A stretch of DNA of 64,000 bases, from positions 55,353 to 119,352 of the forward strand of contig JAUCBJ010003424.1 of assembly GCA_032718475.1 (NCBI GenBank), written 5' to 3'. Position numbers and translations under genes: made by a program. The DNA comes from Nemertoderma westbladi (taxonomy: Eukaryota > Animalia > Xenacoelomorpha). Below, one piece after another: positions 38,001 through 51,200 of the stretch. Every line of letters starts with the position of its first letter. The stretch's first letter is position 1. The notes beneath the pieces were generated by a model that was given only the letters and a program-made list of their open reading frames with translations, searched no databases and was not told the DNA's origin.

Positions 38001-41000
38001 TTAATTCCATTCTGATAGTTAATTCCATTCTGATAGTTTATTCCATTCTGATTGTTCATTCCATTCTGATAGTTCATTCCATTCTGATAGATCATTCCAT
38101 TCTGATTGTTAATTCCATTCTGATAGTTAATTCCATTCTGATAGTTTATTCCATTCTGATAGTTCATTCCATTCTGATAGTTCATTCCATTATGATTGTT
38201 CATTCCATTCTGATAGATCATTCCATTCTGATAGTTCATTCCATTCTGATAGTTCATTCCATTCTGATAGTTCATTCCATTCTGATAGATCATTCCATTC
38301 TGATAGTTCATTCCATTCTGATAGTTCATTCCATTCTGATAGTTCATTCCATTCTGATAGTTAATTCCATTCTGATTGTTCATTCCATTCTGATTGTTCA
38401 TTCCATTATGATTGTTCATTCCATTCTGATAGATCATTCCATTCTGATAGTTCATTCCATTCTGATAGTTCATTCCATTCTGATAGTTTATTCCATTCTG
38501 ATTGTTCATTCCATTCTGATTGTTCATTCCATTCTGATAGATCATTCCATTCTGATAGTTCATTCCATTCTGATAGTTCATTCCATTCTGATAGTTCATT
38601 CCATTCTGATTGTTCATTCCATTCTGATAGATCATTCCATTCTGATAGTTAATTCCATTCTGATAGTTCATTCCATTCTGATAGTTCATTCCATTCTGAT
38701 TGTTAATTCCATTCTGATAGTTCATTCCATTCTGATAGTTCATTCCATTCTGATAGTTCATTCTATTCTGATAGATCATTCCATTCTGATAGATCATTCC
38801 ATTCTGATTGTTAATTCCATTCTGATAGTTCATTCCATTCTGATAGTTCATTCCATTCTGATAGTTCATTCCATTCTGATAGTTCATTCCATTCTGATAG
38901 ATCATTCCATTCTGATAGTTCATTCATTCCATTCTGATAGTTCATTCCATTCTGATAGTTCATTCCATTCTGATAGTTCATTCCATTCTGATAGATCATT
39001 CCATTCTGATAGATCATTCCATTCTGATTGTTAATTCCATTCTGATAGTTAATTCCATTCTGATAGTTTATTCCATTCTGATTGTTCATTCCATTCTGAT
39101 TGTTCATTCCATTCTGATTGTTCATTCCATTCTGATAGTTCATTCCATTCTGATAGTTCATTCCATTCTGATAGTTCATTCCATTCTGATAGTTCATTCC
39201 ATTCTGATAGATCATTCCATTCTGATAGTTCATTCATTCCATTCTGATAGTTCATTCCATTCTGATAGTTCATTCCATTCTGATAGTTCATTCCATTCTG
39301 ATAGATCATTCCATTCTGATAGATCATTCCATTCTGATTGTTAATTCCATTCTGATAGTTAATTCCATTCTGATAGTTTATTCCATTCTGATTGTTCATT
39401 CCATTCTGATTGTTCATTCCATTCTGATTGTTAATTCCATTCTGATAGTTAATTCCATTCTGATAGTTTATTCCATTCTGATTGTTCATTCCATTCTGAT
39501 TGTTCATTCCATTCTGATTGTTCATTCCATTCTGATAGTTCATTCCATTCTGATAGTTCATTCCATTCTGATAGTTCATTCCATTCTGATTGTTCATTCC
39601 ATTCTGATAGATCATTCCATTCTGATAGTTAATTCCATTCTGATAGTTCATTCCATTCTGATAGTTCATTCCATTCTGATTGTTAATTCCATTCTGATAG
39701 TTCATTCCATTCTGATAGATCATTCCATTCTGATAGATCATTCCATTCTGATTGTTAATTCCATTCTGATAGTTAATTCCATTCTGATAGTTTATTCCAT
39801 TCTGATTGTTCATTCCATTCTGATTGTTCATTCCATTCTGATAGATCATTCCATTCTGATAGTTCATTCCATTCTGATAGTTCATTCCATTCTGATAGTT
39901 CATTCCATTCTGATTGTTCATTCCATTCTGATAGATCATTCCATTCTGATAGTTAATTCCATTCTGATAGTTCATTCCATTCTGATAGTTCATTCCATTC
40001 TGATTGTTAATTCCATTCTGATAGTTCATTCCATTCTGATAGTTCATTCCATTCTGATAGTTCATTCTATTCTGATAGATCATTCCATTCTGATAGATCA
40101 TTCCATTCTGATTGTTAATTCCATTCTGATAGTTCATTCCATTCTGATAGTTCATTCCATTCTGATAGTTCATTCCATTCTGATAGTTCATTCCATTCTG
40201 ATAGATCATTCCATTCTGATAGTTCATTCATTCCATTCTGATAGTTCATTCATTCCATTCTGATAGATCATTCCATTCTGATAGTTCATTCCATTCTGAT
40301 AGATCATTCCATTCTGATAGATCATTCCATTCTGATTGTTAATTCCATTCTGATAGTTAATTCCATTCTGATAGTTTATTCCATTCTGATTGTTCATTCC
40401 ATTCTGATTGTTCATTCCATTCTGATTGTTCATTCCATTCTGATAGTTCATTCCATTCTGATAGTTCATTCCATTCTGATAGTTCATTCCATTCTGATAG
40501 ATCATTCCATTCTGATAGTTCATTCCATTCTGATAGATCATTCCATTCTGATAGTTCATTCCATTCTGATAGTTCATTCCATTCTGATAGTTCATTCCAT
40601 TATGATTGTTCATTCCATTCTGATTGTTCATTCCATTCTGATAGATCATTCCATTCTGATAGTTCATTCCATTCTGATAGATCATTCCATTCTGATAGAT
40701 CATTCCATTCTGATTGTTAATTCCATTCTGATAGTTCATTCCATTCTGATAGTTCATTCCATTCTGATAGTTCATTCCATTCTGATAGTTCATTCCATTC
40801 TGATAGATCATTCCATTCTGATAGTTCATTCATTCCATTCTGATAGATCATTCCATTCTGATAGTTCATTCATTCCATTCTGATAGATCATTCCATTCTG
40901 ATAGTTCATTCCATTCTGATAGATCATTCCATTCTGATAGATCATTCCATTCTGATTGTTAATTCCATTCTGATAGTTAATTCCATTCTGATAGTTTATT

Positions 41001-44000
41001 CCATTCTGATTGTTCATTCCATTCTGATTGTTCATTCCATTCTGATTGTTCATTCCATTCTGATAGTTCATTCCATTCTGATAGTTCATTCCATTCTGAT
41101 AGTTCATTCCATTCTGATAGATCATTCCATTCTGATAGTTCATTCCATTCTGATAGATCATTCCATTCTGATAGTTCATTCCATTCTGATAGTTCATTCC
41201 ATTCTGATAGTTCATTCCATTATGATTGTTCATTCCATTCTGATTGTTCATTCCATTCTGATAGATCATTCCATTCTGATAGTTCATTCCATTCTGATAG
41301 ATCATTCCATTCTGATAGATCATTCCATTCTGATTGTTAATTCCATTCTGATAGTTCATTCATTCTGATAGTTCATTCCATTCTGATTGTTCATTCCATT
41401 CTGATTGTTAATTCCATTCTGATAGATCATTCCATTCTGATAGTTCATTCCATTCTGATAGATCATTCCATTATGATTGTTCATTCCATTCTGATTGTTC
41501 ATTCCATTCTGATAGATCATTCCATTCTGATAGATCATTCCATTCTGATAGTTCATTCCATTCTGATAGATCATTCCATTCTGATAGTTCATTCCATTCT
41601 GATAGTTCATTCCATTCTGATAGTTCATTCCATTATGATTGTTCATTCCATTCTGATAGTTCATTCCATTATGATTGTTCATTCCATTCTGATTGTTCAT
41701 TCCATTCTGATAGATCATTCCATTCTGATAGATCATTCCATTCTGATAGTTCATTCCATTCTGATAGATCATTCCATTCTGATAGTTCATTCCATTCTGA
41801 TAGTTCATTCCATTCTGATAGTTCATTCCATTATGATTGTTCATTCCATTCTGATTGTTCATTCCATTCTGATAGATCATTCCATTCTGATAGATCATTC
41901 CATTCTGATAGTTCATTCCATTCTGATAGTTCATTCCATTCTGATAGATCATTCCATTCTGATTGTTAATTCCATTCTGATAGTTCATTCCATTCTGATA
42001 GTTCATTCCATTCTGATTGTTCATTCCATTCTGATAGATCATTCCATTCTGATAGATCATTCCATTCTGATTGTTAATTCCATTCTGATAGTTCATTCCA
42101 TTCTGATTGTTCATTCCATTCTGATAGATCATTCCATTCTGATAGTTCATTCCATTCTGATAGTTCATTCATTCCATTCTGATTGTTCATTCCATTCTGA
42201 TAGTTCATTCCATTATGATTGTTCATTCCATTCTGATAGATCATTCCATTCTGATAGTTAATTCCATTCTGATAGTTCATTCCATTCTGATAGTTCATTC
42301 ATTCCATTCTGATTGTTCATTCTATTCTGATAGATCATTCCATTCTGATTGTTAATTCCATTCTGATTGTTCATTCCATTCTGATTGTTCATTCCATTCT
42401 GATAGTTCATTCCATTCTGATAGTTCATTCCATTCTGATAGTTCATTCCATTCTGATTGTTCATTCCATTCTGATTGTTCATTCCATTCTGATAGTTCAT
42501 TCCATTCTGATAGTTCATTCCATTCTGATAGTTCATTCCATTCTGATAGTTCATTCCATTCTGATAGTTCATTCCATTCTGATTGTTCATTCCATTCTGA
42601 TAGTTCATTCCATTCTGATAGTTCATTCCATTCTGATTGTTAATTCCATTCTGATTGTTCATTCCATTCTGATTGTTCATTCCATTCTGATAGTTCATTC
42701 CATTCTGATAGTTCATTCCATTCTGATTGTTCATTCCATTCTGATAGTTCATTCCATTCTGATTGTTAATTCCATTCTGATTGTTCATTCCATTCTGATT
42801 GTTCATTCCATTCTGATAGTTCATTCCATTCTGATAGTTCATTCCATTCTGATTGTTAATTCCATTCTGATTGTTCATTCCATTCTGATAGTTCATTCCA
42901 TTCTGATAGTTCATTCCATTCTGATAGTTCATTCCATTCTGATTGTTCATTCCATTCTGATAGTTCATTCCATTCTGATAGTTCATTCCATTCTGATTGT
43001 TCATTCCATTCTGATAGTTCATTCCATTCTGATAGTTCATTCCATTCTGATAGTTCATTCCATTATGATTGTTCATTCCATTCTGATAGATCATTCCATT
43101 CTGATAGTTTATTCCATTCTGATAGTTCATTCATTCCATTCTGATTGTTCATTCTATTCTGATAGTTCATTCCATTCTGATTGTTCATTCCATTCTGATA
43201 GTTCATTCCATTCTGATTGTTAATTCCATTATGATAGTTCATTCCATTCTGATAGATCATTCCATTCTGATAGTTTATTCCATTCTGATAGTTCATTCCA
43301 TTCTGATTGTTCATTCCATTCTGATAGTTCATTCCATTCTGATTGTTAATTCCATTCTGATAGTTCATTCCATTATGATTGTTCATTCCATTCTGATAGA
43401 TCATTCCATTCTGATAGTTTATTCCATTCTGATAGTTCATTCATTCCATTCTGATTGTTCATTCTATTCTGATAGTTCATTCCATTCTGATTGTTCATTC
43501 CATTCTGATAGTTCATTCCATTCTGATAGTTCATTCCATTCTGATAGTTCATTCCATTCTGATAGATCATTCCATTCTGATAGTTTATTCCATTCTGATA
43601 GTTCATTCCATTCTGATTGTTAATTCCATTCTGATAGTTCATTCCATTATGATTGTTCATTCCATTCTGATTGTTCATTCCATTCTGATAGTTCATTCCA
43701 TTCTGATTGTTAATTCCATTCTGATAGTTCATTCCATTCTGATTGTTCATTCCATTCTGATAGTTCATTCCATTCTGATAGTTCATTCCATTCTGATAGT
43801 TCATTCCATTCTGATAGTTCATTCCATTCTGATAGTTCATTCCATTCTGATTGTTCATTCCATTCTGATAGTTCATTCCATTCTGATTGTTAATTCCATT
43901 CTGATTGTTCATTCCATTCTGATTGTTCATTCCATTCTGATAGTTCATTCCATTCTGATAGTTCATTCCATTCTGATAGTTTATTCCATTCTGATAGTTC

Positions 44001-47000
44001 ATTCCATTCTGATTGTTAATTCCATTCTGATTGTTCATTCCATTCTGATTGTTCATTCCATTCTGATAGTTCATTCCATTCTGATAGTTCATTCCATTCT
44101 GATAGTTTATTCCATTCTGATAGTTCATTCCATTCTGATTGTTAATTCCATTCTGATTGTTCATTCCATTCTGATTGTTTATTCCATTCTGATAGTTCAT
44201 TCCATTCTGATAGTTCATTCTATTCTGATAGTTAATTCCATTCTGATAGTTCATTCCATTCTGATAGTTCATTCCATTCTGATTGTTCATTCCATTCTGA
44301 TAGTTCATTCCATTCTGATTGTTCATTCCATTCTGATTGTTAATTCCATTATGATAGTTCATTCCATTCTGATAGTTAATTCTATTCTGATAGTTCATTC
44401 CATTCTGATAGTTCATTCATTCCATTCTGATTGTTCATTCTATTCTGATAGTTCATTCCATTCTGATTGTTCATTCCATTCTGATAGTTAATTCCATTCT
44501 GATAGTTAATTCCATTCTGATAGTTCATTCCATTCTGATAGTTCATTCTATTCTGATAGTTCATTCCATTCTGATAGTTAATTCCATTCTGATTGTTAAT
44601 TCCATTCTGATTGTTCATTCCATTCTGATAGTTAATTCCATTCTGATAGTTCATTCCATTCTGATAGTTCATTCCATTCTGATAGTTCATTCCATTCTGA
44701 TAGTTAATTCTATTCTGATAGTTCATTCCATTCTGATAGTTCATTCCATTCTGATAGTTCATTCCATTATGATTGTTCATTCCATTCTGATTGTTAATTC
44801 CATTCTGATTGTTCATTCCATTCTGATTGTTCATTCCATTCTGATTGTTAATTCCATTATGATAGTTCATTCCATTCTGATAGTTAATTCTATTCTGATA
44901 GTTCATTCCATTCTGATAGTTCATTCCATTCTGATAGTTCATTCCATTCTGATAGTTCATTCCATTCTGATAGTTCATTCATTCCATTCTGATTGTTCAT
45001 TCCATTCTGATTGTTAATTCCATTATGATAGTTCATTCCATTCTGATAGTTAATTCTATTCTGATAGTTCATTCCATTCTGATAGTTCATTCCATTATGA
45101 TTGTTCATTCCATTCTGATAGTTCATTCCATTCTGATAGTTAATTCTATTCTGATAGTTCATTCCATTCTGATAGATCATTCCATTCTGATAGTTCATTC
45201 CATTCTGATAGTTCATTCCATTCTGATAGTTCATTCCATTCTGATTGTTAATTCCATTCTGATAGTTCATTCCATTCTGATTGTTAATTCCATTCTGATA
45301 GTTCATTCCATTCTGATAGTTCATTCCATTCTGATAGTTCATTCCATTCTGATTGTTAATTCCATTCTGATAGTTCATTCCATTCTGATTGTTAATTCCA
45401 TTCTGATAGTTCATTCCATTCTGATAGTTCATTCCATTCTGATTGTTCATTCCATTCTGATAGTTCATTCCATTCTGATAGTTCATTCCATTCTGATAGT
45501 TAATTCTATTCTGATAGTTCATTCCATTCTGATAGTTAATTCCATTCTGATTGTTAATTCCATTCTGATAGTTCATTCCATTCTGATTGTTAATTCCATT
45601 CTGATAGTTCATTCCATTCTGATAGTTAATTCTATTCTGATAGTTCATTCCATTCTGATAGTTAATTCCATTCTGATTGTTAATTCCATTCTGATAGTTC
45701 ATTCCATTCTGATTGTTAATTCCATTCTGATAGTTCATTCCATTCTGATAGTTCATTCCATTCTGATTGTTCATTCCATTCTGATAGTTCATTCCATTCT
45801 GATAGTTCATTCCATTCTGATAGTTAATTCTATTCTGATAGTTCATTCCATTCTGATAGTTCATTCCATTCTGATTGTTCATTCCATTCTGATAGTTCAT
45901 TCCATTCTGATAGTTCATTCCATTCTGATAGTTAATTCTATTCTGATAGTTCATTCCATTCTGATAGTTCATTCCATTCTGATAGTTCATTCCATTCTGA
46001 TAGTTAATTCTATTCTGATAGTTCATTCCATTCTGATAGTTAATTCCATTCTGATAGTTCATTCCATTCTGATAGTTCATTCCATTCTGATTGTTCATTC
46101 CATTCTGATAGTTCATTCCATTCTGATAGTTCATTCCATTCTGATAGTTAATTCTATTCTGATAGTTCATTCCATTCTGATAGTTCATTCCATTCTGATT
46201 GTTCATTCCATTCTGATAGTTCATTCCATTCTGATAGTTCATTCCATTCTGATAGTTAATTCTATTCTGATAGTTCATTCCATTCTGATAGTTCATTCCA
46301 TTCTGATAGTTAATTCCATTCTGATTGTTAATTCCATTCTGATAGTTCATTCCATTCTGATTGTTAATTCCATTCTGATAGTTCATTCCATTCTGATAGT
46401 TCATTCCATTCTGATAGTTCATTCCATTCTGATTGTTAATTCCATTCTGATAGTTCATTCCATTCTGATTGTTAATTCCATTCTGATAGTTCATTCCATT
46501 CTGATAGTTCATTCCATTCTGATTGTTCATTCCATTCTGATAGTTCATTCCATTCTGATAGTTCATTCCATTCTGATAGTTAATTCTATTCTGATAGTTC
46601 ATTCCATTCTGATAGTTAATTCCATTCTGATAGTTCATTCCATTATGATTGTTCATTCCATTCTGATTGTTAATTCCATTCTGATAGTTCATTCCATTCT
46701 GATAGTTCATTCCATTCTGATAGTTAATTCCATTCTGATAGTTCATTCCATTCTGATTGTTAATTCCATTCTGATAGTTCATTCCATTATGATTGTTCAT
46801 TCCATTCTGATTGTTAATTCCATTCTGATAGTTCATTCCATTCTGATAGTTTATTCCATTCTGATAGTTCATTCCATTCTGATAGTTCATTCCATTCTGA
46901 TAGTTAAATTCTATTCTGATAGTTCATTCCATTCTGATAGTTCATTCTATTCTGATAGTTCATTCCATTCTGATAGTTCATTCCATTCTGATAGTTCATT

Positions 47001-48060
47001 CCATTCTGATAGTTAAATTATATTCTGATAGTTCATTCCATTCTGATAGTTCATTCCATTCTGATAGTTCATTCCATTCTGATAGTTCATTCCATTCTGA
47101 TAGTTTATTCCATTCTGATAGTTCATTCCATTCTGATAGTTCATTCCATTCTGATAGTTAATTCCATTCTGATAGTTCATTCCATTCTGATTGTTCATTC
47201 CATTCTGATAGTTCATTCCATTCTGATAGTTCATTCCATTCTGATAGTTAAATTCTATTCTGATAGTTCATTCCATTCTGATAGTTAATTCCATTCTGAT
47301 AGTTCATTCCATTATGATTGTTCATTCCATTCTGATTGTTAATTCCATTTTGATAGTTCATTCCATTCTGATAGTTCATTCCATTCTGATAGTTAAATTC
47401 TATTCTGATAGTTCATTCCATTCTGATAGTTAATTCCATTCTGATAGTTCATTCCATTATGATTGTTCATTCCATTCTGATTGTTAATTCCATTTTGATA
47501 GTTCATTCCATTCTGATAGTTCATTCCATTATGATTGTTCATTCCATTCTGATTGTTAATTCCATTTTGATAGTTCATTCCATTCTGATAGTTCATTCCA
47601 TTCTGATTGTTCATTCCATTCTGATAGTTCATTCCATTCTGATAGTTCATTCCATTCTGATTGTTCATTCCATTCTGATTGTTCATTCCATTCTGATTGT
47701 TAATTCCATTCTGATAGTTCATTCCATTCTGATAGTTCATTCCATTCTGATAGTTCATTCCATTATGATTGTTCATTCCATTCTGATTGTTCATTCCATT
47801 CTGATTGTTCATTCCATTCTGATTGTTCATTCCATTCTGATTGTTCATTCCATTCTGATAGTTCATTCCATTCTGATTGTTCATTCCATTCTGATAGTTC
47901 ATTCCATTCTGATTGTTAATTCCATTCTGATTGTTCATTCCATTCTGATAGTTCATTCCATTCTGATAGTTCATTCCATTCTGATAGTTCATTCCATTCT
48001 GATAGTTCATTCCATTCTGATAGTTCATTCCATTCTGATTGTTCATTCCATTCTGATTGT
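20047..48060. repeat. 18-bp tandem satellite, ~28 kb (~1550 copies)
   Basis: Consensus GTTCATTCCATTCTGAT(A/T), with a few recurrent substitutions and 22-bp units carrying an extra CATT. Confidence 0.99.
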
Positions 48061-49301
48061 GATTATTTCTTACTTCATTTTACCCCGAGTTGCGGTGCTA
48101 ATTGATGAATATGAATTTTTTCTATTTCGTATTTCTTCATTTTAGGATACAGAGCGAATTAAATAATTACCGCATTCAATCTTATGCTTTCTATTGGAAT
48201 ATTCCCTTGATTTAATAAAAATATTGCCTTTGTCTTTTATCCCGTCTTAGATCCTGCCATATAACAACCTGAACAGAGCCGCCTCAACTTCAGAGGACAT
48301 TATTTTCGCCGTTAGGACCCTTTGTACAATTCTGTGCTTTGGTGACCGACCACATGGAGAGGAAGGACAATTTCCTTGAATATGCTGATGATGATCTATA
48401 TGGTATTGTGGCGGCGTAACTTATGTCCATAAGTCGGCTTAGCATTATTAAAATGTAAATATATAAATATGTATAATGTAATGTAGCAAGTCTATTATAG
48501 TAGCGTCAAGATAAATTTACTAAAAGAGCAAAAATCTCACAGAAAATGAGCAAATGGATAATCGTCCGGTCATAACTATAAGATTTACGCCAATCATCAA
48601 CAGACAAACAATGTTTGAAAATTGAAACAGCTGTACACCATCCATTAATAAAGGCAACCACACTGAGCGTGCTTAATGCTTACATCGGCACCACAATAAT
48701 TATTAAATTTTTCGCTAGTGATTCAGTTGACATTTACATAAAACTTTGATATTGTAAATGTTCGAGTAACTTTATTACTTATTGTAAAATTTATAATTCA
48801 ACCAATTAAATTGTATAGTTAGTGTCATCTGTAACCGGAAGTCACGCATCCCTGCTGTTAATTTCGTCGTCCATAGTTATGGCACAATCCTCTACGTCGT
48901 TAGAACTTCCCGACCAGATTGTAGCCCCGTAGCCCCGCACCATCACCAAACCCGAGGCCACGCCAACCGCGTCGACCCCACGCAGTGATTCATGGCTTCA
49001 TTGCTTCATTTGTATTCTGGTATTCCACCCATTATAGGCCATTAGTTAGGCAGTAGTGCGGATAGTTAGGCAGTAGTGCGGAAAGGCCTGTGTGTCCACG
49101 GTTGGAATAAACTTGTAACAATATGGTTGGTTACCACGATATTTAACTGTGCAACCAGTATGACCAGGAAAAAAACTGTAAAAGATTAAAGAATCTCAAA
49201 CTATTTCACACATCGTAAACCGATGATTTATGTGTTTATACATTAGTGAATCAATGACGAAACGCGAATATGCTATCCCTCATGATTCGACTTGTCATGT
49301 T

Positions 49302-49429
49302 TAAGCAAGTAAACAGTCGGCCGAAGCCGGACCCCAGTGGTTGAAAGGCTGAGTGGACCATGGCGGGGCTGAACCTACAACCAGATTACAGGACCGGAGC
49401 GCAACCATCTGAGCTACCCCGCGTTAATA
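49302..49429 (-). mobile_element. tRNA-derived SINE, internally deleted copy
   Basis: Reverse complement reads GCGGGGTAGCTCAGATGG...GGTTCAGCCCCG...GGTCCACTCAGCCTTTC...CCGGCTTCGGCCGACTG. 12-bp TSD ACTTGTCATGTT at 49290-49301 and 49430-49441. Confidence 0.85.
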
Positions 49430-49581
49430 ACTTGTCATGTTAAATGAGGTTTAATCTGTCAGAAAATCAAAACAAACTTAACTTCAACTTTTTTAAAATT
49501 GAAGCTGCATGTGAATTAATTTAGAGAATACTGAATGTCTAAATCATTAAATCACTCAATATTGTATTTTTTTTGTTTTAT

Positions 49582-49735
49582 GGGTGGGGTAGCTCAGTTG
49601 TTTGAGCACCGGGCCTGCAATCTATTGGTTGTAGGTTCGAACCCAGCAAGGGTCCACTCAGCCTTTCTATCACTGGGGTCGATGAGTACCAGTTAAAGTC
49701 CTCGGAGTACACCCAACCCACCCAGGGGCAGTACT
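49582..49735 (+). mobile_element. tRNA-derived SINE with MetaSINE-like core, 3' truncated
   Basis: A box TAGCTCAGTTG and B box GGTTCGAACCC, then GGTCCACTCAGCCTTTC...GGGGTCGATGAGTACCAG, which resembles the Meta-SINE core as I recall it. Confidence 0.75.
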
Positions 49736-49736
49736 G

Positions 49737-50143
49737 TAGCGCCCACCCCTACCTTCTGGTAGCTGATATGTGTAGCGCCCATTCCTAACTTCGGGTAGCA
49801 GATAGGAGTATCGCCCACCCCTACCTTCGGGTAGCAGATACTAATAGCGCCCACCCCTGCCTTCGGGTAGCAAATAGGAGTAGCGCCCACCCCTACCTTC
49901 GGGTAGCAGATAGGAGTAGCGTCTACCCCTACTTTCGGGTAGCAGATAGGAGTAGCGCCCACCCTTACCTTCGGGTAGCAGATAGGAGTAGCGCCCACCC
50001 CTACCTTTGGGTAGCAGATAGGAGTAGCGCCCACCCCTACCTTCGGGTAGCAGATAGGAGTAGCGCCCACCCCTACCTTCGGGTATTAGATATGAGTAGC
50101 ACCCACCACCTTCGGGTAGCAGTTAGGAGTAGCGCCCACCCCT
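49737..50143. repeat. 36-bp minisatellite, ~11 copies
   Basis: Unit GCGCCCACCCCTACCTTCGGGTAGCAGATAGGAGTA. Confidence 0.95.
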
Positions 50144-50147
50144 AAAC

Positions 50148-50684
50148 TGCCAAAACTAGCCACTACAAAAATAAAGTCCCGGTTATGGGTACACATACTG
50201 TAGTAGTGCCAAAACTAGCTACTACCAATAAAATCCCGGTTATGGGTACACATACTGTATTAGTGCCAAAACTAGTGCCAAAACTAGCTACTACAAATAA
50301 AATCCCGGTTATGGGTACACATACTATAGTAGTGCCAAAACTTAAGGTACTACAAAAAAAATCCCGGTTATGGGTACACATACTGTAGTAGTGTCAAAAC
50401 TAGCTACTACAAAAAAATTCCGGTTATGGGTACACATACTGTAGTAGTGCCAAAACTAGCTACTACCAATAAAATCCCGGTTATGGGTACACATACTGTA
50501 TTAGTGCCAAAACTAGCTACTACAAATAAAATCCCGGTTATGGGTAGGCCTACACATACTGTAGTAATGCCAAAACTAGCTACTACAAAAAAAAATCCCG
50601 GTTATGGGTAGACATACTGTAGTAGTGTCAAAACTAGCTACTACAAAAAAATTCCGGTTATGGGTACACATACTGTAGCAGTGC
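50148..50684. repeat. 57-bp minisatellite, ~9 copies
   Basis: Unit GTGCCAAAACTAGCTACTACAAATAAAATCCCGGTTATGGGTACACATACTGTAGTA. Confidence 0.95.
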
Positions 50685-50699
50685 CTACCTTCGGGTAGC

Positions 50700-51167
50700 G
50701 ATGCCATTGAACAATTGGGGGAAGATGGGTCCATTATTAAACAACCCTGCAGACAAGGGGAACAAAACTGTTGTTTTAGAAAGGTAGGAATGCCGAAACC
50801 GAAAAAATGAAAGCAATTACTATGGATGGAACCATTTTACTAAACTGCAGTCTAATCCGGCTGGTCGGTATGAAAGGGCTGTAAATTCCACTCTAAAAAC
50901 TCTTACAGACTCAGGAGAAAATATGAACTCACTGCGCACCAAGTTAGGGTCCCACCGCCACCATTCAGAACTACCTTATACCTACCCTACGGTAACCAAA
51001 AAGTCAACAAGGATGGTGTTTCACTTCGTAATATAGTGGCTTTCACCAACGCCCCATGTGGTAAAGTAGCTACTTATCTAGCTTTACTTATGTCTATATC
51101 GGTGTATTTGGATCAAGGTGAATCATACATAAAGAACTCAACCGCGTTCATAGATGGGTTAAATAGT

Positions 51168-51200
<33 letters not shown>

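Noticed and set aside
19994-48145. Dozens of long ORFs, (ILIVHS)n and (NYQNGM)n
   Set aside because: Consequence of an 18-bp unit without stops in some frames. Frames are repeatedly broken by 4-bp CATT insertions and have no unique coding flanks.
48060-49280. Possible host exons (AG acceptors at ~48146 and ~48250)
   Set aside because: No convincing reading frame or recognisable protein.
49693-50611. ORFs with repeated ATPICYPKVGVG and MGTHTVVVPKLATTNKIPV
   Set aside because: Translations of the 36- and 57-bp minisatellites.
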